From an uncultured virus (IMG/VR IMGVR_UViG_3300034102_001587) (taxonomy: Duplodnaviria > Heunggongvirae > Uroviricota > Caudoviricetes), in the IMG/VR virus record IMGVR_UViG_3300034102_001587, positions 1 through 64,000 of that record: 64,000 nucleotides of DNA. One strand, 5' to 3'. This document shows, one piece after another, positions 55,131 through 63,726 of the stretch (the stretch's first letter is position 1; each line of letters opens with the position of its first letter). The notes under the pieces were generated by a model. That model did no database searches and was not told where the DNA came from. It saw nothing but the letters and a program-made list of their open reading frames with translations. The translations under genes and the position numbers were made by a program.

Positions 55131-55970
55131 ATGATTCGTTTAACTGATTTAGCTGGAAATGGTTCTTTCACTATGGGTGGTAAGAAATTTGAATATGGAA
55201 AGGTTTATTCTAATCCATTTGCATCTGCATTTAAACCTGTAAATGAAGGGGAAGAATCAGAAGACCACGAAGTTTCTATGGCACAAAATCAGTTAGGTTC
55301 TATTATCAAACATGCAACTGAATTAAAACAAAAAATGGGTGAAGAAGAAAAGCAAATTCCTGCTTGGATTCAAGACCACATCACTAATTCTGAAAACTAT
55401 ATTTCTCAAGCTGCTTCTAATTACCACGAATATGGTGATTCAAATGAAAGTGTAGTAACTGAAGCAAGTGATATGGATTTAGTTAAAAATATGGAAAAAA
55501 CCATTAAAGATTTAATGGCTAGATTGAATGTAACAAAAGATTCAAAACAAAGAGAAGCAATTAAAAAAGGTATTGCGGTTAATATGGGTATTCTTAATTT
55601 TTGGAAAGGTAGAATGGTGGGTGATAAAATAAGAGAAGTAAATGAAGCATCACCTTGTTGGAAAGGATATAAGCAAGTTGGAATGAAAAACAAAAATGGT
55701 AAAGAAGTTCCAAATTGTGTACCCGAATCGGTAATGAGCGAAGCAAGAAGTGTAGGAGCTATACAAAAAGATTTTACAAAAGTAATTGCAGCAATTGCAT
55801 CTGAATTAGAAAAATACAAATCAGTAAAAGGTACACCAAAAGCAAAACAATACGTTGTTAATCTTAAAAAACTTAACGCAGCAAAAGAAAAATTAGAATC
55901 AGAAATGGACTATGTAGTTAGTAACATTTACGCTGATGCTGAATTAGAAGAAGGCTGTGGTTGTAAATAA
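55131..55970 (+). CDS. Modular head-associated protein
   Basis: MIRLTDL leader; DHEVSMA..PAWIQ module; PCWKGYKQVGMK..VPNCVP module. Confidence 0.6.
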   Translation: MIRLTDLAGNGSFTMGGKKFEYGKVYSNPFASAFKPVNEGEESEDHEVSMAQNQLGSIIKHATELKQKMGEEEKQIPAWIQDHITNSENYISQAASNYHEYGDSNESVVTEASDMDLVKNMEKTIKDLMARLNVTKDSKQREAIKKGIAVNMGILNFWKGRMVGDKIREVNEASPCWKGYKQVGMKNKNGKEVPNCVPESVMSEARSVGAIQKDFTKVIAAIASELEKYKSVKGTPKAKQYVVNLKKLNAAKEKLESEMDYVVSNIYADAELEEGCGCK

Positions 55971-56015
55971 TTTCTAAAAATTTCTTTAGAAAATTACGTT
56001 TTCATTAAATTTTAT

Positions 56016-56024
56016 ATATTTATT
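56016..56024 (+). promoter_or_regulatory. Putative late promoter variant ATATTTATT for the scaffold/capsid operon
   Basis: 143 nt before the ATG at 56168, followed by hairpins. Confidence 0.55.
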
Positions 56025-56167
56025 CTTACAATAACGCATTTCTATATGCGTTTTTTATTGGTAAATGAATACTCTCGTTTTATGAGTAGTGACCAAAACG
56101 CCAATCAAACAATTCTATTTAAGCTTCAATTCTAATAGCTTAAGAAATCCTAATAATAAGGAAAATA

Positions 56168-57322
56168 ATGGCAAGTTCAAAACTTTTGAAAGAAGCTATC
56201 GCTGATGCTAAAGCTGTGCGTGAAACTGCTATTGCTAATGCTAAAATCGCTCTAGAAGAAGCATTTACTCCAAGATTACAATCTATCCTTTCTAAGAAAC
56301 TTCAGGCAGAAATGGCTGATGAAGAAGAAGTGGAAGATAAAGTTGAAGAGAATAATGATGTATCTAGCGAAATTGGTGGTGGTGATAACAAACAACCAGC
56401 AGCAAAAGCTAACGATGCTGACACCGACCTTAGTGGAATCGCTAAGCAATCAGGTGAAGTTGGCTCTGAAGTTGAAGACTACGATAAGGTAAAAGGCCTT
56501 AACGAAGAAGAGTCTGATGACGAAGAAAAAGCTGACATGAAAGAAGCTGAAGGTGAAGATGAAAAAGAAGAAGAACCAATAAAAGAAGAAGATGAAATGG
56601 ATATGGATGACATGTCTGATGATTCTGATGAAGATGAATTGGATCTTGAAGCTATCATCAAAGAACTAGAAGCACAAATCGCTGAAGAAGGCGAAGAAGA
56701 AATGGCACATGAAGATGAGCCAGTAGCAGCAGAAGGTGAAGAAGCACCGGTTGAAGAACCAGTAGCAGCTGAACCAGTAGCTGAACCTGCAGTTGAAGCT
56801 GAAGAAGTTCCAACTGAAGAACCAGCTCACGATGATGAGGAAATCGACTTAGATGAAATCTTACGTGAAATGGGATATGGTGATGACGAAGAAGAAGTTA
56901 AAGAAGCTGAAGAACCAGCTCATGACGAAGAAAAAGAGAAAATGGCTGAAGAATTAAAAGAAGCTTATTCTACTATCAAATCTTTGAAAGGCACTATCAA
57001 CGAAGTAAATTTGTTAAATGCAAAATTACTTTACGCAAACAAATTGTTCCGTTCTTACAATTTAACTAACGAACAAAAAGTTAAAGTTGTTGAGAATTTG
57101 GACAGAACTTCTTCTGTAAGAGAAGTTAAATTGGTTTACGCAACTTTAGCAGAAAGCATGAAGTTTACTGGTACTGAAAGAAAAGTAGCAGCTAAGAAGA
57201 CAATGACCGAAGGGTTTGCTTCTAAGCCACAAGCTACAACAGCTCCAGCAAAAGAAATCATCGCTGAAAGCTCAAACGAATTAGCTAACCGCTTTAAGCA
57301 ATTAGCTGGTATCGTAAAATAA
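56168..57322 (+). CDS. Prohead scaffolding protein (gp22-like)
   Basis: LLKEAIADAKAVRE..ALEEAF; very acidic centre; EVNLLNAKLLY; immediately upstream of the major capsid gene. Confidence 0.85.
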   Translation: MASSKLLKEAIADAKAVRETAIANAKIALEEAFTPRLQSILSKKLQAEMADEEEVEDKVEENNDVSSEIGGGDNKQPAAKANDADTDLSGIAKQSGEVGSEVEDYDKVKGLNEEESDDEEKADMKEAEGEDEKEEEPIKEEDEMDMDDMSDDSDEDELDLEAIIKELEAQIAEEGEEEMAHEDEPVAAEGEEAPVEEPVAAEPVAEPAVEAEEVPTEEPAHDDEEIDLDEILREMGYGDDEEEVKEAEEPAHDEEKEKMAEELKEAYSTIKSLKGTINEVNLLNAKLLYANKLFRSYNLTNEQKVKVVENLDRTSSVREVKLVYATLAESMKFTGTERKVAAKKTMTEGFASKPQATTAPAKEIIAESSNELANRFKQLAGIVK

Positions 57323-57346
57323 CAATCCATAAAAAAATAAAATAAA

Positions 57347-59032
57347 ATGGCAAATTTTGATTTAGGAAAACTTATGGAAGGCAAAAACCCACAAGCAGTA
57401 ATGCTTGCTGAAACTCGTCAATTGAGAAACAAATGGGAAAAAACTGGTCTTCTTGAAGGTTTAAAAGAAAGAGAGCAACACTCTATGGCAGTGTTGTTAG
57501 AGAACCAAGCTAAGCAATTGCTTGACGAGGCTACTCAAACTGGTACTTCAGCAGGTTCTGAAGAATGGTCTGGTGTTGCATTACCATTAGTAAGAAGAAT
57601 CTTTGGTGAAATCGCTGCGAAAGAATTCGTTAGTGTTCAACCAATGAACCTTCCTTCTGGTCTTGTATTCTTCTTAGACTTCAAATATGGTTCTGCACAA
57701 GGTTCTGAAGCACAATTCGGTGGTAAATCACTTTTTGGTGGTACTAACGCTACTGGTTCTGCAGCTAACTTTGGTAGAACTAACGCAGCTCAAAACGGTC
57801 TTTATGGTGAAGCTCGTTATGGATATTCTGTAAACGATGCAGTATCTTCTGCAATCACTGGTAGATTAACTGCTACATCTGTTAATGCTGGATTTACATC
57901 AGCATCTGCAACATGGGCTGATCTTGGGTTTGATGCAGCACTTTCTGCATCTGCAGCAGCTGGACAAATTATTAAATTAACCACTAACAAAGCTAGTATT
58001 TCTTCAACTGCAGATTTAGAAGCAGTACGTTCTTTTGTTGTTGCTGGAAACGCAGCTGTTTACTCTAACGTTCATCAGTTCAACTTTGTATCTGGTGATA
58101 ACGTAACTTTATTCGTATCTGCATCTGCAGCTACAGATTTCTTTACAACTGCTGGTGAAACAGTAACTGTAAGATATTCTGAGCAACCAGTTGCTTACGA
58201 TAGAGGTGATTTCGAAGATGCAACTGCAAATAGCGCTGGTAACACAACTACTGCATTGGATATTCCTGAAATTGACTTAGAATTAAAGAGTGAAGCAATC
58301 GTTGCTAAAACTCGTAAATTAAAGGCTGTGTGGACTCCAGAGTTAGCACAAGACCTTAACGCTTACCACTCAATAGATGCTGAAGCTGAATTAACTTCTA
58401 TGTTATCTGATTATATCTCTTTAGAGATTGATTTAGAAATCTTAGATATGTTAAAATCAAACGCTTTAACAACTGAGTACTGGTCAGCAACAATTGGTGA
58501 AGAATATTTGAACAACGGTGCAACTGGACAAGCTGCATGGGGTTCTTCAGTACCTTCTGGTGCAAACACTTACTATACTAAGAATTCTTGGTATCAGACT
58601 TTAGGTGTTAAGTTGAACAAAGTTTCTAACAAAATTCATCAATTAACACTTCGTGGTGGTGCTAACTTTGTAGTAGCATCTCCTGATGTATGTACTATCT
58701 TAGAATCAATTCCTGGATTCACAGTTAACGCTGATAAAGATGCAATGCAATTTGCAGCTGGTGTAACTGCAGTAGGTTCTATGAGTAACAGATTCACTGT
58801 GTACAAAAACCCATATATGACTTCTAACGAAATCTTAATGGGCTTCAGAGGAAATAACTTCCTTGAGACTGGTGCTGTTTACGCTCCATATGTACCATTG
58901 ATTATGACTCCATTAGTGTACGACCCACAAAACTTCACTCCACGTAGAGGAGTTATGACTCGTTACGCTAAGAAGATGGTAAGACCAGAATTCTATGGTA
59001 AGATCTTGATTAAAGATTTAGCTAATATCTAA
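57347..59032 (+). CDS. Major capsid protein (gp23-like)
   Basis: KWEKTGLLEG, LLENQ, LPLVRR, VQPMNLPSGLVF, AKTRKLKAVWTPELAQDL, YAPYVPL, PRRGVMTRY. Confidence 0.97.
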   Translation: MANFDLGKLMEGKNPQAVMLAETRQLRNKWEKTGLLEGLKEREQHSMAVLLENQAKQLLDEATQTGTSAGSEEWSGVALPLVRRIFGEIAAKEFVSVQPMNLPSGLVFFLDFKYGSAQGSEAQFGGKSLFGGTNATGSAANFGRTNAAQNGLYGEARYGYSVNDAVSSAITGRLTATSVNAGFTSASATWADLGFDAALSASAAAGQIIKLTTNKASISSTADLEAVRSFVVAGNAAVYSNVHQFNFVSGDNVTLFVSASAATDFFTTAGETVTVRYSEQPVAYDRGDFEDATANSAGNTTTALDIPEIDLELKSEAIVAKTRKLKAVWTPELAQDLNAYHSIDAEAELTSMLSDYISLEIDLEILDMLKSNALTTEYWSATIGEEYLNNGATGQAAWGSSVPSGANTYYTKNSWYQTLGVKLNKVSNKIHQLTLRGGANFVVASPDVCTILESIPGFTVNADKDAMQFAAGVTAVGSMSNRFTVYKNPYMTSNEILMGFRGNNFLETGAVYAPYVPLIMTPLVYDPQNFTPRRGVMTRYAKKMVRPEFYGKILIKDLANI

Positions 59033-59065
59033 TCTTTATCGAATCTAACGTAATGATTCAATAAT

Positions 59066-59096
59066 AAAAAGGGGGTGAGAAATCACTCCCTTTTTT
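59066..59096 (+). terminator. Rho-independent terminator after the major capsid gene
   Basis: AAAAAGGGGGTGA-GAAA-TCACTCCCTTTTTT. Confidence 0.9.
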
Positions 59097-59104
59097 ATTT
59101 GATA

Positions 59105-59113
59105 ATATTTATA
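59105..59113 (+). promoter_or_regulatory. Putative late promoter motif ATATTTATA
   Basis: After the terminator, 40 nt before the ATG at 59154. Confidence 0.65.
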
Positions 59114-59153
59114 AGAGAATTGTTACATTTTAAATTATAAAAATAAAATTAAA

Positions 59154-59474
59154 ATGGGACAAGTAAAGGGGACACCAACTTACACAGCTCAACAACAAGC
59201 TTACATTGACAAATACGGAGCATCAAATCCATTTGGAAGAAATCCTGGTTCAAAACCTGTAATGATTGCAGGAGATACAAATTTAAATACAGTTGTAGAT
59301 GCAACATTTGCTACTGATGAAGATAAAAATACTACAAACGCAAAATTAAATGCATTATCACCATTTGCATCAATAACAGGAAGTTGTGCAAATGATGGAG
59401 CAGCTGCAAGTGCTGGTGTACCTGTTGGTGGTTTATATCATACAAGCGGAACTATTAAAGTAAGATTAGTTTAA
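59154..59474 (+). CDS. Small structural protein (possible head decoration/fibre)
   Basis: ANDGAAASAGVPVGGLYH C-terminal motif; follows the major capsid gene. Confidence 0.5.
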   Translation: MGQVKGTPTYTAQQQAYIDKYGASNPFGRNPGSKPVMIAGDTNLNTVVDATFATDEDKNTTNAKLNALSPFASITGSCANDGAAASAGVPVGGLYHTSGTIKVRLV

Positions 59475-59493
59475 TTATTAAATGAATTAAGAT

Positions 59494-59724
59494 ATGGCAT
59501 TATTTTATAATAATGATGGTACAATATCAGAAATTGAAATAAAAGCAATGATTTTTGGTAAAGTTACATCATCATTGGTAACAGCACCAACTATACAACA
59601 AGCATTTCAAGCATCAGCATCTAAAGCAATTTATATGAGCGCTATGAATGCTGGTTCATCTTCAAATAAAGCATACGAATTAGCATATCCAAGCGGTTCT
59701 CTAAATAGAAATGCTAGAAACTAA
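59494..59724 (+). CDS. Small hypothetical Ser/Ala-rich protein
   Basis: 76-aa ORF before a terminator. Confidence 0.5.
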   Translation: MALFYNNDGTISEIEIKAMIFGKVTSSLVTAPTIQQAFQASASKAIYMSAMNAGSSSNKAYELAYPSGSLNRNARN

Positions 59725-59733
59725 AAAATGATT

Positions 59734-59758
59734 AAAGGGAGAATTATCTCCTTTTTTT
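59734..59758 (+). terminator. Rho-independent terminator
   Basis: AAAGGGAGA-ATTA-TCTCCTTTTTTT. Confidence 0.75.
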
Positions 59759-59783
59759 ATTTTTATCCCTTTCACCATTCATT

Positions 59784-59792
59784 ATATTTATA
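59784..59792 (+). promoter_or_regulatory. Putative late promoter motif ATATTTATA
   Basis: 20 nt before the ATG at 59813. Confidence 0.65.
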
Positions 59793-59812
59793 GTGGTAAA
59801 CACACTAAATAT

Positions 59813-60190
59813 ATGGCAGCAGGTAAATATTCTTTTATTATAGAACAAGGTGCAACTACTAATTTTCAAATAAATTGGGCAGATGAAAGTGGCTCGGCAG
59901 TTAATCTATCGGGCTACAATGCAAGAATGCAGTTAAGAACTGATTATAATTCAGCACCGCTAATTTCATTATCATCATCCCTAAAAGCGGATGGTACTGG
60001 TATTAATTTAAGTGGCTCTAATGGAACAACACCATTATCTTCTGGTTCAATAGCAGTGTATATATCTGCAGTATCTTCATCGCTTTTAGATTTTGGTGAA
60101 GCACTTTACGATTTGGAAATGGTAAAAGGAAATGAAGTTACGAGATTATTAGAAGGTAAAGTTAAGTTATCTAAAAACGTAACTAAGTAA
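59813..60190 (+). CDS. Ig-like structural protein (BppU N-terminal-like)
   Basis: IEQGAT..NLSGYNARMQLR..YDLEM..VTRLLEGKV. Confidence 0.6.
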   Translation: MAAGKYSFIIEQGATTNFQINWADESGSAVNLSGYNARMQLRTDYNSAPLISLSSSLKADGTGINLSGSNGTTPLSSGSIAVYISAVSSSLLDFGEALYDLEMVKGNEVTRLLEGKVKLSKNVTK

Positions 60191-60193
60191 GAA

Positions 60194-60589
60194 ATGTCCG
60201 TAGAAATAAAAAAAGATATAACAACTGTCCAAGTTGAAGTCCCAAAGACTAATGTAGCGGTAGAAAATGCTATAACTAATATTAATGTCCAAATTTCTCA
60301 ACCACAATTAACAATATCACAAGCGGGAGTTAGTGGTAGAGATGGAACATCTGGTACTTCTGGGTTTTCAATAGATAGTTCTTCGTTTACAACAACTGGT
60401 TCAAATCAATTTAATGGAAATCAAACTATAACAGGTTCGTTAAATATTAGTGGTAGTAACTCAATTGTAGTATTACCAAATCACTCAACTGCACCAACTT
60501 CACCAACGTCTGGAGCACTTTATTTTAATACTACCGATTTTCATTTCTACGGATGGAATGGTGGACAGTGGACACAATTGGATAATTAA
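60194..60589 (+). CDS. Short fibre-like structural protein
   Basis: GVSGRDGTSGTSG, TGSN.FNGNQTITGSL, GALYFNTT..GWNG..W. Confidence 0.55.
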   Translation: MSVEIKKDITTVQVEVPKTNVAVENAITNINVQISQPQLTISQAGVSGRDGTSGTSGFSIDSSSFTTTGSNQFNGNQTITGSLNISGSNSIVVLPNHSTAPTSPTSGALYFNTTDFHFYGWNGGQWTQLDN

Positions 60590-60621
60590 TCCTCATTAAA
60601 TTACTAATCTTACTATTTCTA

Positions 60622-60630
60622 ATATTTATA
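60622..60630 (+). promoter_or_regulatory. Putative late promoter motif ATATTTATA
   Basis: 26 nt before the ATG at 60657. Confidence 0.65.
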
Positions 60631-60656
60631 GGTAACGTTTAAAATAAGTACTTATA

Positions 60657-61823
60657 ATGGCATTAGAAACATTAATATATCCTGGTTCATCTTCGTTTTT
60701 CCCAGGGCAAACCCCCTTTGGAATATATGATAACGATTATGAGTTTCAAGAGGAAGCCCCAAAAGTGGCACTTTGGTGCGCTAGAAGATTGGGTTATCCT
60801 ATTCAAAACATAGAATTAATTGATGAAAATTTTTATGCGTGTCTTGAAGAATCGGTATCTGAATACGGAGCACAAGTAAATCAATTTAACATTCGTAATA
60901 ATTTAGATACTCTTAGAGGAAAATCTAAATCTACAAATTTATCAAGTAAATTAGTACAAGGTTCAAATTTACCAACACTAATAGGTATTTCCGATGCGTA
61001 TGGTACATTAGCCGGAGTTGGTGGTAATACTGATATTAAGAAAGGATTTGTTGAATTAGTTCCTGGTCAACAAGAATATGATTTAGATACATTGTGGGCA
61101 GCGGTTTCTGAAAGTGGAAAACGTATAGAAATTGTAAAAGTATTTCACGAACCAGTACCAGCAATTAATAGATTCTTTGACCCTTATTCGGTAAGTGGAC
61201 AAGGTACTTTAAATTTGATTGATGAATTTGGATTTGGTTCATATTCACCGGCAGCACAATTTATATTGATGCCGATATTTGAAGATATGTTAAGAATACA
61301 AGCTATTGAATTTAATGACCAATTCAGAAAATCGGCATTTACATTTAATATTGTTAATGGTAAAATTAGAGTATTTCCAAGACCAACCTCGCAACATGTA
61401 AATCTTTATGGAAAATTATATTTTGATTATTTTGTAAGAGATGAATTTGTAGCTAATTCAACTAACATTACTCCAAACGTAATTTCTGATTATTCTGATA
61501 TACCTTATGATTTTATGGAATATGGTGGTATTAATGATGTGGGTAAACAATGGATTAGAAAATATTGTTTAGCATTGGTAAAAGAATTGCTAGGAGCTGT
61601 TAGAGAAAAATACTCTAATATTCCTATACCTGGTTCCGAAGTTAGTTTGGATGGAGCTGCATTGAGAGCTGAAGCACAAACTGAAAAAGAATCCTTAATG
61701 ACTCAGCTTAGAGAAACACTAGAAGAATTAAGTAGAACAAAGCAGTTTGAAAATCGAAATACCGAAACGAATGCTCATCAAGAAATGTTACGAAAAGTTC
61801 CACTTCCAATCTATATAGGATAA
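60657..61823 (+). CDS. Neck/head-tail adaptor protein (gp13-like)
   Basis: RRLGYPIQNIEL, WIRKYCLALVKELLG.VREKY..IPG..LDG..L..EA..E. Confidence 0.85.
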   Translation: MALETLIYPGSSSFFPGQTPFGIYDNDYEFQEEAPKVALWCARRLGYPIQNIELIDENFYACLEESVSEYGAQVNQFNIRNNLDTLRGKSKSTNLSSKLVQGSNLPTLIGISDAYGTLAGVGGNTDIKKGFVELVPGQQEYDLDTLWAAVSESGKRIEIVKVFHEPVPAINRFFDPYSVSGQGTLNLIDEFGFGSYSPAAQFILMPIFEDMLRIQAIEFNDQFRKSAFTFNIVNGKIRVFPRPTSQHVNLYGKLYFDYFVRDEFVANSTNITPNVISDYSDIPYDFMEYGGINDVGKQWIRKYCLALVKELLGAVREKYSNIPIPGSEVSLDGAALRAEAQTEKESLMTQLRETLEELSRTKQFENRNTETNAHQEMLRKVPLPIYIG

Positions 61824-61827
61824 TATT

Positions 61828-62295
61828 ATGGCAAGGTTTGCATTAGCGAGAGATATAAAATTTTTTGAGGGAATTTCTAGAGAGTTAGTAGATGCGGTAA
61901 TTGAAACTGCGGTAGTTCTCTATAAACTTGTTATTGAAGATAGCAAGACAAATCTTTATGGAGAATCCCTAAATAAAACATATTATCAAGGTGTAGAGTG
62001 CACAGCAATTATTCAAAGAGATGATACAACAGCAAACTACGAAGGATTTGGTGTTGATGCTAATCAAAATGTAGAATTTCGTTTTAATAGATTTACATTA
62101 AAAGATAAGGGATTCTATCCGGAAGTTGGTGATATTATTTTTCATAATGAGGCGTATTTTGAAATTGATAATGTAACTGAAGATTTTTTAATTGGTGGTA
62201 GGGTTGAAACAGGAGATGGTGAAAAGTTCTCTATCACATGTTCTACATTTATGACTAGAAGAAGTAGTATTCAAACTGAAATGAGAGTGGTATAA
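61828..62295 (+). CDS. Neck/head closure protein (gp14-like)
   Basis: NLYGES..K, FGVD, YPEVGDIIF...FEIDNV; follows the gp13-like gene. Confidence 0.75.
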   Translation: MARFALARDIKFFEGISRELVDAVIETAVVLYKLVIEDSKTNLYGESLNKTYYQGVECTAIIQRDDTTANYEGFGVDANQNVEFRFNRFTLKDKGFYPEVGDIIFHNEAYFEIDNVTEDFLIGGRVETGDGEKFSITCSTFMTRRSSIQTEMRVV

Positions 62296-63356
62296 TGGAT
62301 AAAAAACAAACAAATAGAGCCAAACAACTACCAATACAAAAGGAGTTCATAAAAGGTGTAAAACTTATTGATGTTGATACTGCTATTGCCGAATATATGG
62401 GGGATGTGGTAATACCTGATTTGGAAGAAAATGAAAAGGTTGTAAGAGTTCCTCTTGTGTATGGTAATGCTGAACGATGGGCAGGTGCTAGAAAAGAAGG
62501 ATACTTAAGAGACCAAAGAGGTAAAATACAAATTCCTTTGGTAATGTTCAAAAGAAATTCAATTGAAAGAAATGAGTCTCTTGCAAACTTTAGAGAAGTA
62601 AATACAATTGGTACTTATAAAAAATATTCTCCAAAAAATAGATACGAAAGATTTAGTTTACAAAATGGAGTAACACCTGCTTATGAATTGTATAGTATAA
62701 CTGTACCTGATTATGTAACAATTACATATGAAGTAATGATTTGGACTTCTTTTACCGAACATATGAATAAAATAGTTGAAGCATTCCAATTTGCAACAGG
62801 AAGATATTGGGGTAAAGAAGATGGATTCAAATTTAAAGCACAAATTGATTCATTTGAAAATCAGCAAGAAGTTGGACAGGGTTCTGAAAGAGTAATTCGT
62901 ACAACGTTTACTATGGTTGTAAACGCTTACTTATTGCCTGAAAGATATAATGAAAAACCTACAATTAAAAAATCATATAGTCCAAAAAGAGTTGTGTTTG
63001 GTGTTGAAACTGATTTAACAGGAAACTTATTTACACAACCATCTCTTTATAATGAATATGCAGATATAATTGATTTTGTTGCAATCAGAGGTTCTCAATT
63101 AGCAGAATTTGTAACAGCAAATACTGCTAGATTAACAAATGTTAGAATACCAATTCTACCACCTGTTTTAGCAGAATCTTTTGATGTTTTAAATTGGTTT
63201 AGAATTTATATAAATGGAGATTTTATTTCTCCTGATAAATACACATATACTTTTGATGGAGTAGCTAATCAATTATTATTTACTTTTACTGGATTAGCAT
63301 TTGTATTAGATGATAATGATGAAATTGCAATAACAGGAAAATTCCAACAATTATAA
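62295..63356 (+). CDS. Tail terminator/sheath stabiliser (gp15-like) with C-terminal Ig-like extension
   Basis: VPLVYGNAERW, IQIPL..FKR, PDYVTITYEV.IW..MNKIVE, F...AYLLP. Confidence 0.7.
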   Translation: MDKKQTNRAKQLPIQKEFIKGVKLIDVDTAIAEYMGDVVIPDLEENEKVVRVPLVYGNAERWAGARKEGYLRDQRGKIQIPLVMFKRNSIERNESLANFREVNTIGTYKKYSPKNRYERFSLQNGVTPAYELYSITVPDYVTITYEVMIWTSFTEHMNKIVEAFQFATGRYWGKEDGFKFKAQIDSFENQQEVGQGSERVIRTTFTMVVNAYLLPERYNEKPTIKKSYSPKRVVFGVETDLTGNLFTQPSLYNEYADIIDFVAIRGSQLAEFVTANTARLTNVRIPILPPVLAESFDVLNWFRIYINGDFISPDKYTYTFDGVANQLLFTFTGLAFVLDDNDEIAITGKFQQL

Positions 63357-63357
63357 T

Positions 63358-63726
63358 ATGAATATAAGACAATTAAAAAATATTATGAAAGAGGTTAATG
63401 CACCAAATGAGTTCGTTGCAGAACCATTTGATTTGCAACATCCTAATTTTTGGATTTTCAAAATAGAAAATGTAAGAATAAAAACTTTATTTTCAAAATT
63501 AGAAGAATTTAGAAAACCAATTGCAAGATTTGATGTATTTGTAAATGGATTATTTATAAGAGAAGAAGATTATTATTTTCAAAATATAAATAATGATTTT
63601 TATATAAAATTTAAGAGAGAAAAATTTCCTGAATTTGACCGTTTTGGAAACCCATATATAATTGATGAAACCGATGAGGTTAAAATAAATGGAGATGTTG
63701 AAAATATAGATAATACTGATTTATGA
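63358..63726 (+). CDS. Hypothetical structural protein
   Basis: FDVFVNG..EEDY..DETDEVKING. Confidence 0.55.
   Translation: MNIRQLKNIMKEVNAPNEFVAEPFDLQHPNFWIFKIENVRIKTLFSKLEEFRKPIARFDVFVNGLFIREEDYYFQNINNDFYIKFKREKFPEFDRFGNPYIIDETDEVKINGDVENIDNTDL

Noticed and set aside
2273..62843. Many short minus-strand and alternate-frame ORFs in the track (e.g. 4817..5164, 4867..5217, 45508..45924, 55421..55819)
   Set aside because: They lie inside well-supported + strand genes, mirror their codon patterns and show no recognisable motifs.
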